DNA of 64,000 nucleotides. Source: Octopus vulgaris. Its lineage: Eukaryota. Of this stretch, positions 27,400 through 41,442 are shown piece after piece. Numbering within the stretch: position 1 is the stretch's first letter; the number at the start of each line of letters is the position of its first letter. The notes under the pieces are model-generated. The model saw only the letters and a list, made by a program, of their open reading frames with translations. It had not been told where the DNA came from and searched no databases. The stretch covers positions 74,834,001 to 74,898,000 of the forward strand of contig OX597831.1 of NCBI GenBank assembly GCA_951406725.2, in the 5' to 3' direction. Position numbers and translations under genes: made by a program.

Positions 27400-27402
<3 letters not shown>

Positions 27403-27592
27403 AGAGTTTTTGAAAAAAACAAAAGACAAAGACAGGTGGTGTAGAAAACAAACAGATGTATTAGTATAACGCTCAGGAATAGAAAAAGTCTTTTACGTTT
27501 CCAGCCTACGCTCTTCTACAGAAAGGGACACAGAAAAAACAAGGAGAGAAACAAGGAGAGAAAAAAAATGTGTGTAGTGGCTAACGATCTAT
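27400..27592 (-). mobile_element. Hammerhead element, family A (CUGUAGA core variant)
   Basis: Minus strand CTTT CTGTAGA A GAGC GTAG GCTG GAAA CG TA AAAG at 27490-27525. Confidence 0.7.
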
Positions 27593-28027
27593 AATATAAA
27601 TATATGTGTATGTGTGTATGTATGTATGTATGTATGTATGTATGTATGTATGTATGTATTTCAATACAGAGCAAATAATTCAGGAGAAAATATTTGCAAA
27701 GATATTAGTGACTCGATTATTATCTGGTGTAACAATTGAAAATGATAATAAAAAAATCAATAATATAGGCGATTGCAAGCTCAAAAAAGCATTAAATAGC
27801 TGAGGCTTCTACACAATTTCTGTTTAACAAATTCACTCACATGACATCAGCCAGTCTAAGGCTATAGTTGAAGACACTTGCCCATGGTACCGTTACATGA
27901 AACTGAACTCGGAACTGTGAGGTTGGTAAGTAAGCTTCTTAGTCTCACAGCCATACCTGTGCTTGAGTTTGTGAAGTTTATTGTCATAAAATATGACCAT
28001 TTCTCAAAGCAACAAATATATATATAT

Positions 28028-28430
28028 AAGAGTGGCTGTGTGGGAAGTAGCTTGCTAACCAACCACATGGTTCTGGGTTCAGTCCCACTGCGTGGCACCT
28101 TGGGCAAGTGTCTTCTACTATAGCCTCGGGCCGACCAAAGCCTTGTGAGTGGATTTGGTAGATGGAAACTGAAAGAAGCCTGTCATATATATGTATATAT
28201 ATATATGTATGTGTGTGTTTGCGTGTCTGTGTTTGTCCCCCTAGCATTGCTTGACAACCGATGCTGGTGTGTTTATGTCCCTGTTACTTAGCGGTTCGGC
28301 AAAAGAGACCGATAAAATAAGTACTGGGCTTACAAAAGAATAAGTCCTGGGGTCGATTTGCTCGACTAAAGGCGGTGCTCCAGCATGGCCGCAGTCAAAT
28401 GACTGAAACAAGTAAAAGAGTAAAAGACTA
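28028..28430 (+). mobile_element. Main-family tRNA-derived SINE, near full length
   Basis: A-box-like TGGCTGTGTGG, B-box GGTTCAGTCCC, internal microsatellite and GTAAAAGA tail repeats. Further partial copies near 8287, 23060, 27800, 28470, 34868, 35680, 38415 and 54120. Confidence 0.9.
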
Positions 28431-29208
28431 TATATATATATATGTCTGTATATGTATCTGTGTGTATGTCTCCAACCAGTGTTGGTTTGTTTATGTCCGC
28501 ACGTCTTGGTGGGTTGGCAAAAGTGGCTGATAAAATAAGTACAAGACTTTAAGAAATAAGTACTTGTGTCAATGTAATCGGTTAGTCCCTTCAAGGTGGT
28601 ATTCCAGAATGGTGGCTACTGTCCAATGACTGAAACCAGTAAAAGACGAAAAATTTTAAAACATGTTCTCATTTCTCTTATCACAATTACCAAAACACCA
28701 GTACTTGTCTAACCTATCTTTGTGTCACATCTCCACACTATCAATAGTCTAACTAAGTATATACAATGGTTTATAAATGGCACTAAGGTAGCAGTTCCAT
28801 CCTAAGACATCAAAACTGCATCCATTGAGCAACACAGCTGACGAGTGCCTAAATTTCGTTTGTGCAGTCTTTTATATGTTTAACTCTCTGTGTATATTCC
28901 TTATACATGCATATCTACAAATACAATTATATATATACATCTGTATATAAATATATATCGAAACGTAGAGTAGATGAAATCTTAGCGACTGAAGAAGGGG
29001 TTTTTTTCGTTGTGTTAATTGTCCTGTACTCCATTTTTTGTTGTTTTTAAAAAAATGTCCAGCTCCTTTGGTTTGTGTCTATGTTTTCGTTTCTCTTTGT
29101 GTTCGACGTCCCTTTGGTGTCCTGTACTCATATATGCGTGTATATGTACATGTAGAGGTAGGTACGTACATATATGTTTATATATATGCATATGTTTTAT
29201 TTCATTTA

Positions 29209-29272
<64 letters not shown>

Positions 29273-29446
29273 GTTCCATTCTAACAAAACTGTCCGACAA
29301 ACGGGAACATGAGACTTTGAGTAACGGTTTTTGTGATATTTCTGCTGCTTTTAATAAAGTATATATATATATATATATCATCATCATCATCATATATATA
29401 TATATATATATATATACATACATACATACATACATACATACATACA

Positions 29447-29482
<36 letters not shown>

Positions 29483-29700
29483 TGTATATATGTTGTATGT
29501 AAATAGATATATATCCTATAAAATTCCATAATGCATATATGTGTGTGTGTGTGTGTGTAATCAGGCATACATATACATATACACACACATGTATTACGCA
29601 TATATAATTACCATCATTATAAATATGATTGTGTATGCATGTGTGAGCATACATATAGGTGTGTGTGTGTATAGAGACAAATGGATATTGATATATGCAT

Positions 29701-29747
<47 letters not shown>

Positions 29748-29844
29748 CATACATGCATATACGCCTAAATAGATATGTACACTCACATACAATCCTTATG
29801 TATGTATTCATATATGTAGCTATATATGTATGTGTATTTTTATG

Positions 29845-29875
<31 letters not shown>

Positions 29876-30222
29876 ATATTAGAAGTAATGAGGTACTCAG
29901 AAATTTGGATGGTTTTATATATATATACATACATATATGTTTGTTTTGTACACATATGTATACGTATGTATATGTACGTATATGTATATACTCATGCACA
30001 TGTACACAAATATACTTACAACTATATATATCATACATTTAAACATATATATACACATATATCCACCAGCACATACCCCCCCACACACACACACACTCAT
30101 TCACACGCATACGCATACATGCTCAAAGACCACACAAAACGCATTAACACGTACAGAGATTTCATTGTTGCTTAGTATAACTGTCGCTGGTAATTCTTTC
30201 TCTTTCACCGAAAGCCTTCCCT

Positions 30223-30370
30223 TTATTCACTGATGGACGGTGGCATTTTTACGGATTCATATTTGGTTTTCGTGTCTAGACGGAACCATAAAGACCTACA
30301 AGAAGTTTCCTCTTCTGCCTCATTCTCTTCTCTATTCAGGAAATTATGTAATAGTTTATTCAACCATTTA
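30223..30370 (-). CDS. Candidate terminal coding exon of an unknown gene
   Basis: Strong acceptor TTTATTTTCTCCCTTTTGTTCCAG, then the open frame KWLNKLLHNFLNREENEAEEETSCRSLWFRLDTKTKYESVKMPPSISE*. Confidence 0.35.
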
Positions 30371-30678
30371 CTGGAACAAAAGGGAGAAAATAAACAATTA
30401 TGCATGCATAAACGCATAAATGTATATATAATAAATGTGTGTATATATATTATATATACACACACAAATATATATATATATGTATATAATTTAAAAATAG
30501 GATAAAATCTTTATAAGAATTTATCAAGTAGTCAGCGTGAAAAACCTCATAAGAGAAAAAATTCACCAATCTTTTTCACTTAAATATATTTATTTATATT
30601 ACATAGAGAGCATTACTACACATAAATGCCACACGCTAGGAGGGACTCTTAAAGTCAAAACTACTATATATGTATGTG

Positions 30679-30726
<48 letters not shown>

Positions 30727-30755
30727 CTCAAAATAAGCAACACGAGTGACTCCAG

Positions 30756-30848
30756 TAATTTGGTACAATTGTTTCGTACTACATCATTTTATTAAATGTT
30801 GTAAGTATTACAACAGATTTAAGATGGTGAGTACTCATCAGCCAATTA
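30756..30848 (-). ncRNA. Type I hammerhead ribozyme with long loop 2 (same family as 3798/4096)
   Basis: TAATTGG CTGATGA GTAC...GTAC GAAA CAATTG TA CCAAATTA, with palindromic ACAATTGT stem III and GUA triplet. Confidence 0.7.
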
Positions 30849-31202
30849 TAGAGGTTTTCCATTAATACAAAAATTTTCAAATCAAGTGGCAACATTATAG
30901 AGAAGGTAGATATACAGACAAAGATGTAGATTTAAATTTTAAGAACATATGAGGTAGTGAAGTCCAACCACTGACTGACCAAGCTATGGCTGTATCTAAC
31001 TGGAATATATATATATTTATATATATATACCGGAATAAACACATAAATGTGAAACAAGGTGGAAAAAATAGTACTCAAATACCAGTGGTAGAGTAATATG
31101 CTTTATTTAAAGCAGCAGAAAATTCAACATATATATATATATATGTACGTATGTATATATGTATATGTATATACATGTGTGTATGTGTATATATATATAT
31201 TA

Positions 31203-32325
31203 TTTTATTCTTTTATTTCTCTCAGTCATTTGACTGTGGCCATGCTGGAGCACCGCCTTCAAGGGTTTTAGTCAAATCGGCACCAGGTCTTATGTTTTCT
31301 TAAGATTAGTACTTATTCTATCGGACTCTTTTGCCGACCCACTAAGTTACGGGTATGTAAACACACCAACACTGGTTGTCAAGCGATGGTGGGGGAAAAA
31401 AATACACACACACACACACACAGATACATACATGCACACAAACTTATACACCCACACACATACATACATACATACATGCACACACACACACACATATATA
31501 TATGTATAAAAAATATATATAAAAATACAAAATGGGACAAGAACGCAAAACATTCAAAGAGACGACACAAAAAATGGACGGGTCATTCAAAGCCTCTAAT
31601 CTTCAGTCAAGAACCGGATCATCCTCGCAATTTCGAGTGATTAATCTTGAGATCACTCCGATCAGCCAGCCCCAAGGAAAAACTAAGCTGCGAGCATTAG
31701 ATTTCTTGGAAAAAGGATCGAATGTATACGAAACAAGGACAGAAAAACGGACGATGCCACACGAATATAAATACAAAAAACAATAATAGTAATAACAGGA
31801 CAAAAACAGCGGGTGTCTTACGACTTTAGACAGTTCAACTTATCTTAGCTGGTGTATTTGGAAAAAAATGCCTTTACAGCAGACGAAGAAATAGATGTTG
31901 TCGTGGCGGTGGTCAGAAGCCGAAAGGCTAGTTGACAGGTGGTCACGTGAGAGGAGAAGAGAGAGAAAAAAGGGGGAAAAGGAATCAAAGACAGAGAGAA
32001 AAAGAGGGACAAAGACACCAAAGGGAGGGGAGAAGAGAGAGCAAGAAGGAATTAAAGAGGGGAGAAGAAAGAGAGCGTGCCAAGGATTGGCTTGACGACA
32101 GAATCAGTGAGGTGCAAAGTGAGAAAGACAGAGAAATGTGAGGGAGTGGGGGAAGAGGAGACCATATATGATGGGCTTCACTCAGTTTTTAACTACCAGA
32201 TCCACTTATGTGGCTTTGACCAGCCCAAGGCAATTGCATAACATACTTACTCAAAGTGTCACATAGTGGGACTGAACCTGATGCCATGTGGTCAGGTGAA
32301 CATCTTACCACACAGCCACACCTGC
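31203..32325 (-). mobile_element. Main-family SINE split by a nested element
   Basis: Tail at 31203-31400 and head at 32165-32325. The insert at 31520-31870 is homologous, in inverted orientation, to 32380-32720. Confidence 0.6.
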
Positions 32326-32712
32326 ATATATATATATATATGTATGTATATATATATATATAGTTATTATTGGTATTATTTATTCTCCACTAGCTCTATA
32401 ACCCAGCTTTTATTGTATTTTGTATTTAAATTTGTGTAACGTCATTTTTTCCCCCCATCTTTGTTTTTGTATACATTTGATGCTTTCTTCCAAGAAATCT
32501 AATGCTCGTAGCTTAGTTTTTCCTTGGGGCTGGCCAGATTGGAGCAATCTCAAGATTAATCAGCCAAAATTGCGAGGATGATCCAGTTCTTGACTGAGGA
32601 TAGAAAGCTTCGAATGACCCGTCCTTGTTTTTTTGTATCACGTGTGGATGTTTTGTTGTCCTTTTTTGTATCACCTAGTTGTCCGGATGTTTTGCGTTCT
32701 TGTCCCATTTTG

Positions 32713-32744
<32 letters not shown>

Positions 32745-32749
<5 letters not shown>

Positions 32750-33340
32750 TACCTGGGACAGGAAGTGAATATGTGCCGAGATATCGAAAAGGAGATCTCA
32801 TGGAGAGTAAGGGCCGGATGGAAGGCGTTTAATGGCATAAGGGATGTGCTCAAGGGAAGGTTGGACAGGACCACCCGCGCCAACCTCATTAACAGTGCAG
32901 TTCTACCTGCAATGTTATATGGTAGTGAAACATGGGCTACCACAAAGAGAGAAGAGCAAAGACTGGTAACGGCTCAAAGAGCCATGGAAAGGTCAATGCT
33001 TGGTATCTCGTTGAGAGAGCACATCAGTAGCGAGATCATCAGAAAGAAGTCCGGCGTGAGAGATGTCATCGCAGAGTATACACGCAGCAAGTATAGATGG
33101 GCTGGACACGTCGCCCGGCTCACCGATAATCGGTGGACCCACGCAGTTGTCGAGTGGTACCCGCGCGAGCCAAAAGACCACCCGGAAGACCTCCACGACG
33201 GTGGAGTTACGATTTCAGGAGGACGATTGGGATCACGTGGATGAGAAAGGCGCGATCCAGAGAGGAGTGGACAGCGTGCTGTGACCAGCGGTGTCAAATG
33301 GACGCCTGACGGACTGGTTGGTCAAGGTGATCAAGGTGAT
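32745..33340 (+). mobile_element. RTE-1-type LINE 3' fragment
   Basis: YLGQEVN...RVRAGWKAF...VLPAMLYGSETW...AQRAMERSMLG...WAGHVAR...EWYPR, a frameshift to KRPPGRPPRRW, and a (TCAAGGTGA)2 tail. Confidence 0.9.
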
Positions 33341-33683
33341 ATATATATATATATAATTTCAATATGGAGCAAATAATTAACGAAAATGGCTGTCATGATT
33401 TCAGTGCAAAACAAATCAGTTGCAACACAGACTTCAACACAATGGGTTGGGGCTCTCCATCATGGTAACACATGGTGAGAAAGCTGAGGCTATTTTGGCC
33501 AGTACTGAAACCGGCCCACTCGAGTCCAAATACTTAAATCTACATTAGCAGATTGTCTTAGCCAGTTTGCCTTCGTATGGTTGATTTCTGTAGTTATTAT
33601 CAGTGTATTTTGGTGATTTAAATAAGAGTTTTGGCCATTATTTCCAGCAGGTAGACATACTTAGTATATCCTTTGATTAATTT

Positions 33684-33719
<36 letters not shown>

Positions 33720-33721
33720 TC

Positions 33722-33908
33722 ATGATAGGTCGCTAGCCACTACACATTCTTTATTTTCTTTCCTTGTTTCTTTCTGTGTTCCTTTCTGTAGAAGAGCGTA
33801 GGCTCGAAACGTTTAAGACCTTATCACTTCACGAGCGTTATACTAATACATCTGCTTGTTGTCTACACCACCTGTCTTTGTCTTTTGTTTTTTGGTGAAT
33901 TCTCCCTA
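33722..33908 (+). mobile_element. Hammerhead element, family A (CUGUAGA core variant)
   Basis: CTTT CTGTAGA A GAGC GTAG GCTC GAAA CG TT TAAG at 33782-33817. Confidence 0.7.
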
Positions 33909-33946
33909 TATACATACATACATGCATACATACATACATACATACA

Positions 33947-34027
<81 letters not shown>

Positions 34028-34029
<2 letters not shown>

Positions 34030-34491
34030 CTAAAAATAAGGGTGTCTGAGAGACACCACCATGCTGAAATAGCAGTCAAAACCCTGACTCTAAGAACCAC
34101 GTTAAATGTTCATATCACACCATGAGATAAGACAAAGAGACAAAATAAACTAGCAACAAAGATATTACTGGATAATTCAAGATCCTGGATTTCTAGCTTT
34201 GCTTTAAATAAGCTTTGCCTCATCAGTTGAATATATCAGATAGGCACATAAATACAAATAAATATATGCAGAATAAACGTTATACTTACATATACGAACG
34301 TCCATGCATACATAATATGCACATATGTACAAGGCCAGTTAAATTGCCCGCCAAAATACCCCATAAGCACAATATAGTCACCCTCTGTCTTATCTCATGG
34401 TGTGATAAAACATTTAACGTGGTTCTTAGAGTCAGGGTTTTGACTGCTATTTCAGCATGGTGGTGTCTCTCAGATACCCTTATTTTTAGTT
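34028..34491. repeat. Fold-back element with near-perfect inverted arms of about 106 bp
   Basis: 34028-34134 is the reverse complement of 34386-34491. The ORF track shows the same peptide on both strands. Confidence 0.85.
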
Positions 34492-34571
34492 GTAAAAAAA
34501 TGATTACCTTTGTATGGTATTTTTCCCATGCTGGCCACTTGATAATATCGATATTAAATCCTTATTTATAA

Positions 34572-34651
<80 letters not shown>

Positions 34652-35064
34652 TTAAACACAGGACTTTGTTGAACACCTGCATTTAATTCCAATTTATTTA
34701 TTTATATATTATACAAAATATTTCACATCAACCCGGAGTTTCTATCTTTACAAACAGGGTGTTGCGTCCTTATTACTTGTGTGGTTCGTTTGCTGCCCTG
34801 GTAACTGATCAAATTACTTTTTCCATGTTAATTGTAAACAAGAGAAAGATACACACATCCATTTGTGCAGGACGGGTTTCTTTCAGTTTCTGTCTACCAA
34901 ATCCTCTCACAAAGCTTTGGTCAGCCTGATATATATCGTAGAAGACACTTACCCATGGTGTCCCACATGTGGTGGGGCCACAAGCATATCTCACCACACA
35001 GCTACGCCTGCACCTATATATCTATATTTGTATATATACATGCATTTCTATAAATGCATGTGTA

Positions 35065-35306
35065 TCATCATCATCATTATCATCATCATCGTTTAACGTC
35101 CGTTTTCCGCGCTAGCACGGGTTGGACGGTTTGACCGGGGTCTGGGAAGTCAGGAGGCTGCACCAGGCTTCCAGTCTGATCTGGCACTGTTTCTACAGCT
35201 GGATGCCCTTCCTAATGCCAACCACTCTGCGAGTGTAGTGGGTGCTTTTTACGTGCCACCAGCACAGATGCCAGGGGAGTCTGGCATTGGCCACGATCGG
35301 TTGGTA
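35065..35306 (-). mobile_element. RTE-type LINE 3'UTR fragment with (GAT)n tail
   Basis: Matches 58955-59200. Other copies near 2310, 39400, 42988, 43678, 48100, 50750, 55235, 56620 and 62653. Confidence 0.8.
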
Positions 35307-36412
35307 TATATACATGCATTTCTATAAATGCATGTGTATATATATATAATATATTCAACACAAGTATTCAAAAAAGCAAAGATCAACATAAGTCAATACT
35401 TTTATCCTGCATTCTTTATTTCTTTCAATTCTTGGACTGTGGCCAGGCTGGAGTAATGCCTTGAGCAATTTCAGTTAAACAAATGCGGACATGTATTTTT
35501 GAATAAAACCCCTGAAAAGTGAAAGGCTTTAGGGGAACAACATGCATGGGTATATTTTGAACTCACCCCTGCACACATGAATGTGCGTATGAGCATGCTA
35601 AAAATATACGGGACCATATTTGAGTGGTTATTCATTTTAAGGGCAGTGGGTAGGCCTTGTAGTTAATCCCATATAATTAGACTGTGGCCATGATGGAGTA
35701 CCCCACTGAAGGATTTTTGCCAGATGAATTGACCCCAGTACTTATTTTTTCAAACCTGGTACTTATTCTATCAGTCTCGTTTGTTGAGCTGCTGAGTTAT
35801 GGGATGCAAACACACCAACACTGGAGGTCAACATTTAAATGATAAAAACCATAAAGGTGTGTGTGTGTGTGTGTTATAAATAAAGTAATTTATAGCAAAT
35901 TTAAAACTCAGTGAAATGAAAGTTTTCTTTTCATGCAGAAGATAGAAAAACAATTAAAAATTTACAAAAAAAATTATGTAAAGAAGGATTAAAAAAAAAA
36001 GAAAAAAAGGGAAAGAAAGAGTGTTTTTTAATAACATAAGAAGAAAACAAAAACAACAAACAAATGATTAAATAAAAGCAAATTTTTAAGTGTGTGTTTA
36101 TATAAATGTATGTGTATATGGGGAGAAACAAACAGACAAGTATATACATACATATATATATATATATACATATACAAGCATGTGCAGTATATACATTCAT
36201 AAAATATAATGATTGTATATGAATACACACATACATTCATATACATGTGCATAGATGCACATATACACACACTCACATATATAAACATGTGTATATGTGC
36301 ATAAACATGCACATGTTTTTAGATACATTAACATCTATATGTGTGTGCGGGTGTGTGTGTTTGTGTGTTTGTGTATAAATATATACATACACATATATAT
36401 ATATATTCACGT

Positions 36413-36452
<40 letters not shown>

Positions 36453-36471
36453 ATACATATATATATATATA

Positions 36472-36519
<48 letters not shown>

Positions 36520-36541
36520 TATATACATATATATATATATA

Positions 36542-36594
<53 letters not shown>

Positions 36595-36788
36595 AAATAT
36601 ATACACATATATATAAATATACATACATACATATATATATATATATATGAGTGCTTGTGTGTTTGTGTATGTATGTATGCATGCATATACATGTATTATA
36701 TGTAGTGCACATGCTTGTATAAGTATACAAGTGTATATACTTGTCTGTTCGTGTTGTTTTTTTCTTTGCATCTATCTATCTAGCTATC

Positions 36789-36855
<67 letters not shown>

Positions 36856-36929
36856 ATACATATATATATATAACATATATATATACACACACGTATATAT
36901 ACATGCACATATACATATATATATCTATA

Positions 36930-36962
<33 letters not shown>

Positions 36963-36973
36963 GTGTGTGTATG

Positions 36974-37015
<42 letters not shown>

Positions 37016-38184
37016 CACACACACATGTTACACTATGGAAGCAAATTGAAGAGAGGGGGGGCCTTCTTGTATTAGAGTGGACCCCCACCCCCCACAGCAG
37101 ATCAGCTTGTTTTGGATATTTGCCAACAAACAGCAGCAAATGACTCAGCTTTGTTGTACGTCTGTTTTGGTTCGGCCAACTCACTAGCAGAAACAACAAC
37201 AACAACAACTACAACAACCACACACAGGAACAACAACTAAAACAACAACAACAACAACAACTACGGCAGCAGCAGCAGCACCACCATCACCACCTACAAC
37301 AACGGCCACAACAGCAACAGCACCACCATCAGCAACAACAACAACAACAAAATCCACAACTACAACAGCAGGAACCACAACAGGAAAACAACAACAACAG
37401 CACCTACAACAACGACTATAACAGCACCAACAGCAGCACCACCACGACCACCACCACCAACAACAACAGCAACAACAACAAGCAACAAATAAGAGAAACA
37501 ATTTTTTTTTTCTGTATTTTGTGTAAATTATTTGTTCTGCTTATATGTGTTACATCATCAGCCCCCCCCCCCCCAAAAAAATATATAATGTTCAACAAAA
37601 ACCCTGTGATGTATCAGAACTACAGGGAACAGGAACCAGACCCAGACATCCAAAAAACAAACAGAAAAGGGTTACTTTAGAAGGGGCAACTATTTGCTTC
37701 TCCATCCTTTATGAGAAAGTGCCCATCCTCTTCAAATTGTTGAGTAACTTAAAATGAATTTTTGTCTAAGGTGTGCGGCATGACTGGCTGGTAAGTTGAG
37801 TGTTATTGTTGGTATTTTAGCGAAGTATTTTTTCAAATGGAATTTTTGGTTCGTGGGTCACCCGACAGATAAGGGTGCTTTCAACCTCTTTGATACCCAT
37901 CTATCTAAAACCCCAAGAACATTGTTTAGTTCTTATGGTTCAAACTTCTTGTTTGAAACTGAGCCAAACTTAAAACTTCTGTCATAATTTCATGATGACA
38001 ATGATGATGATGAGGAGGAGGAGGAGGAGGAGGATAATGATCATGATGATCATGATTGTGATAATGAAGATGATGATGACAACGATAACAATCATGATGA
38101 TGATGATGGCAATGATGACAACGATGATAATGATGATGAGGAGGAGGATGCTGACAATGATGATGATGATGATATGTACACACT

Positions 38185-38243
<59 letters not shown>

Positions 38244-40309
38244 CATTATGATTCAGTCACCATCATCCTCACCATCATCTTAATTATGTCATACTCTGCC
38301 AGAATACATTAAATAAATATATGCAAATGAGATAAATCAGTGTCTGTTGCTTATTACATTTTTTTTTAAATAAATAATTTAATTTCAATTCATTTTCAAA
38401 ATTATATATATGATAATCTTCTTTCAGTTTCTATTTGCCAAATCTACTCGGAAGGCTTTGGTTAGTCTGAGGCGATGGTAAAAGAAAGTACTTGCCTAAG
38501 GTGCTGTGAGTGAACCCAAATGTCTATAGTTGAGAAACAACCTGCTTAACAACACAGCCATTCCTCAAATTATTCATATCACAAAAATTACTGAATATTC
38601 TCCAACCAAATACTCCAGCACCACCAAATTGCCCATTCCACATGTTTCCACACAGTTTCAAGAGAAAACCCTGAAGACATGATGTAAATTGAAACAGATT
38701 CTATTAATGGTTTTCTGGAAGCCAGGGGATTCAACACCAGTGGCCTCCCTTGGTGAACATTCTACAAAGTTCCAAGAATTGCAGATTAATGTCCCTTTTA
38801 GTAATGTCACAATGGCACGGAGCATTCTAGAAGGGTGTTGTTCGCTAGGGGGAGCTAGCAACTTTTCAGCCTATATATGTGACAGAGAGATTCGTTCTTT
38901 TTCTCTTTTCTACTCCAAATCTGACCTGTTTGCATCCTTGTGACGGAGAACAACTATACTCGCCTAAGCTAAGAAGATGACCTCTAACAGTGACCATGTG
39001 CCTCATGCCCTTTATGTTACATGACATGTGTACGGATTTCTCTTGCTCCACTAACGAGCCATTTGCATTACAAAATTCCTTCATACATTTTCTATTGCAT
39101 TTCTTTTACACAGAACGCGACCATAAAGAATATTGTATGTAACTCTTCCCATTTCTGTGCAGCTTCACTCAAAGTATATTCTTGGTAAACTCGTATCCGT
39201 TCTTATCAATAATTAGATTATTTGTGAAGTTTAAGAATGACTCCTTCGTTATTCCTAACCTTGCATCCACATTAACATTTGGTACAGAGAAAACTACTGC
39301 TAGAGTGACGACCACACAACTCTAAAACCCTTTGGGTCAATTTGAGGTTATTGTAGAAGATACTTGCTTAAGGTACTGCACATTGGAAGTGAACATGAAA
39401 CCATCATCATCATCATTTAACGTCTGTTTTCCATGCCAGCATGAGTTGGATGGTTCGACTGGGGTCTGGCAAGCCAGGAGGCTGCACCGGGCCCCAATCT
39501 GATCTGGCAGAGTTTCTACAGCTGGATGCCCTTCCTAACGCCAACCACTCAGGGAGTGTAGTGGGTGCTTTTTACATGTCACCGGCACAGTAAGGAGCCA
39601 GAGGAGCTGATATCAACCACAATCAGATGGAGCTCTTTACATGCCACCGACATGGAAGCCAGTCAAAGTGTCACTGGCATCAGCTACATTCGGATTGTGC
39701 TTTTTACATGCTACCATCACGGGGCTCACAACTACAATTTCCATTTGATTTGATTTTGATATTGATGTTGCTGTACTTGACTCAATAGGTCTCCTCAAGC
39801 ACACCATGTCACCCTATGATACAAGGTACTTTTGAGTAGACTGGTTATGTAACACTGGTGTAAGTTACAGCTGTGAACTCACAGTTTGCAAAAAGAACAA
39901 CACTGCTATGCTTACAGATATTATTGTATTTCAGTGCCTTGACCAATGTTTGGTCAAAATTCCTGAGTAGGTACCTGTTGGGCTTTTTGATCCTTTAGCA
40001 TTCAGACGACTCTGTCAAATCTATGTCTTATTTATTCACATTGTTTTGAATTAATCATGCATCATTTTGTAGCTTTGAGATTTCAATGATGTGACTGTTT
40101 GTTTTGAAATAGGATTGTAGGGTAGGTGTAAAAGGCTTGATCTGACCAGTGTGAACATAAAACAGGTAGAATGTTTGGGTCAGATATGGCCAGTTTAAAT
40201 GCTAAAAGATTAAAAACCACCTTGATAATCTCTCCTCTGTATACCACTTTTACTGAATTTGAGCTCAATTAGGTAGGGGGTGGTGCCCTGAAAGGGATCT
40301 CAGGGAATA

Positions 40310-40530
40310 GCGTCCCTGCCTTCCTGAGCTAGTTTTCCACCATATTTCTTAAAAATCATGGTAGGCACCTTGGTCTCGGGACCACTCATGTCTAGAAACT
40401 GAGGTTGGGGGTAAGCAAGGGCATGCTCTCCATAGAAAATCCAGCTCCCAAAAAGCCTCATGATAGCAAAGAATGGGTAACAGCAAGCCCAAAGGTTGGG
40501 TTGGGCTGCACCTGCCTACTTCAAAAAGGA
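40310..40530 (+). mobile_element. Dispersed repeat, probably a non-autonomous RTE derivative
   Basis: Highly similar to 63271-63485, which continues into an RTE-like terminal hairpin and (GAT)n tail. Confidence 0.55.
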
Positions 40531-41229
40531 AAGTGCAAACCCTCATCCTGGATTGCGCAAGCATGACTTGCCTTATGATGGCCGAAGGCCTGAAGAGAAG
40601 CTTGGGGTGAGGTTGGGAAAAGATTGGTGGTGGTGGTGGTGAGGAGGAGGAGGAGGAGGAGGAAGAGGAGGAGGAAGAGGGGGAAGAGGAGGAGGAAGAG
40701 GAGGAGGAGGAGGAGGAGAAGGGATGGATGGATGCAATGAGCTGAAACAAAAACTGCGAGGGATTCCAACCAACACTTTAGCAACTACACCAATTCACTG
40801 CCTCAGTATATTATAGTAGGGTGGCAACTCTGCTATGTACTATACTCTGGCAACTGTACTATGGCCTTGTGTAAAGAGTACTGTAGCATAGTGTGTGTGT
40901 GTGTGTGTGTGGTTCAGTGCCATAGATTAACGCAGTGTAATGCAAACGAAGGCAGAATGGAATGTGAACATATCACAGACAATTCTCACTTGATTACAAC
41001 CGACTCTGTTATTAATGACATCAATTATATTACAATATATACCTTATAGTTCTATAGTTTGTTACCTTTTGTTTTATTTCTACTTTATTCTATCTCATTG
41101 TGCCAGCTTCTTTAATAGAAAATATCAAGAAAACAAGGGTTTTACATGTGTGTGTGTTTGTGTATATATATATACGTGCTAGCGCGGAAAACGGACGTTA
41201 AACGATGATGGTGATGATGATGATGATGA

Positions 41230-41371
<142 letters not shown>

Positions 41372-41406
41372 GTATATGTATATATATATATATGTATATG
41401 TATATA

Positions 41407-41442
<36 letters not shown>

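Noticed and set aside
40310-40385. HDV-like ribozyme at the start of the dispersed repeat
   Set aside because: Only a GTCCC/GGGAC stem and a superficial resemblance. P1, P1.1 and the catalytic C context could not be assigned.
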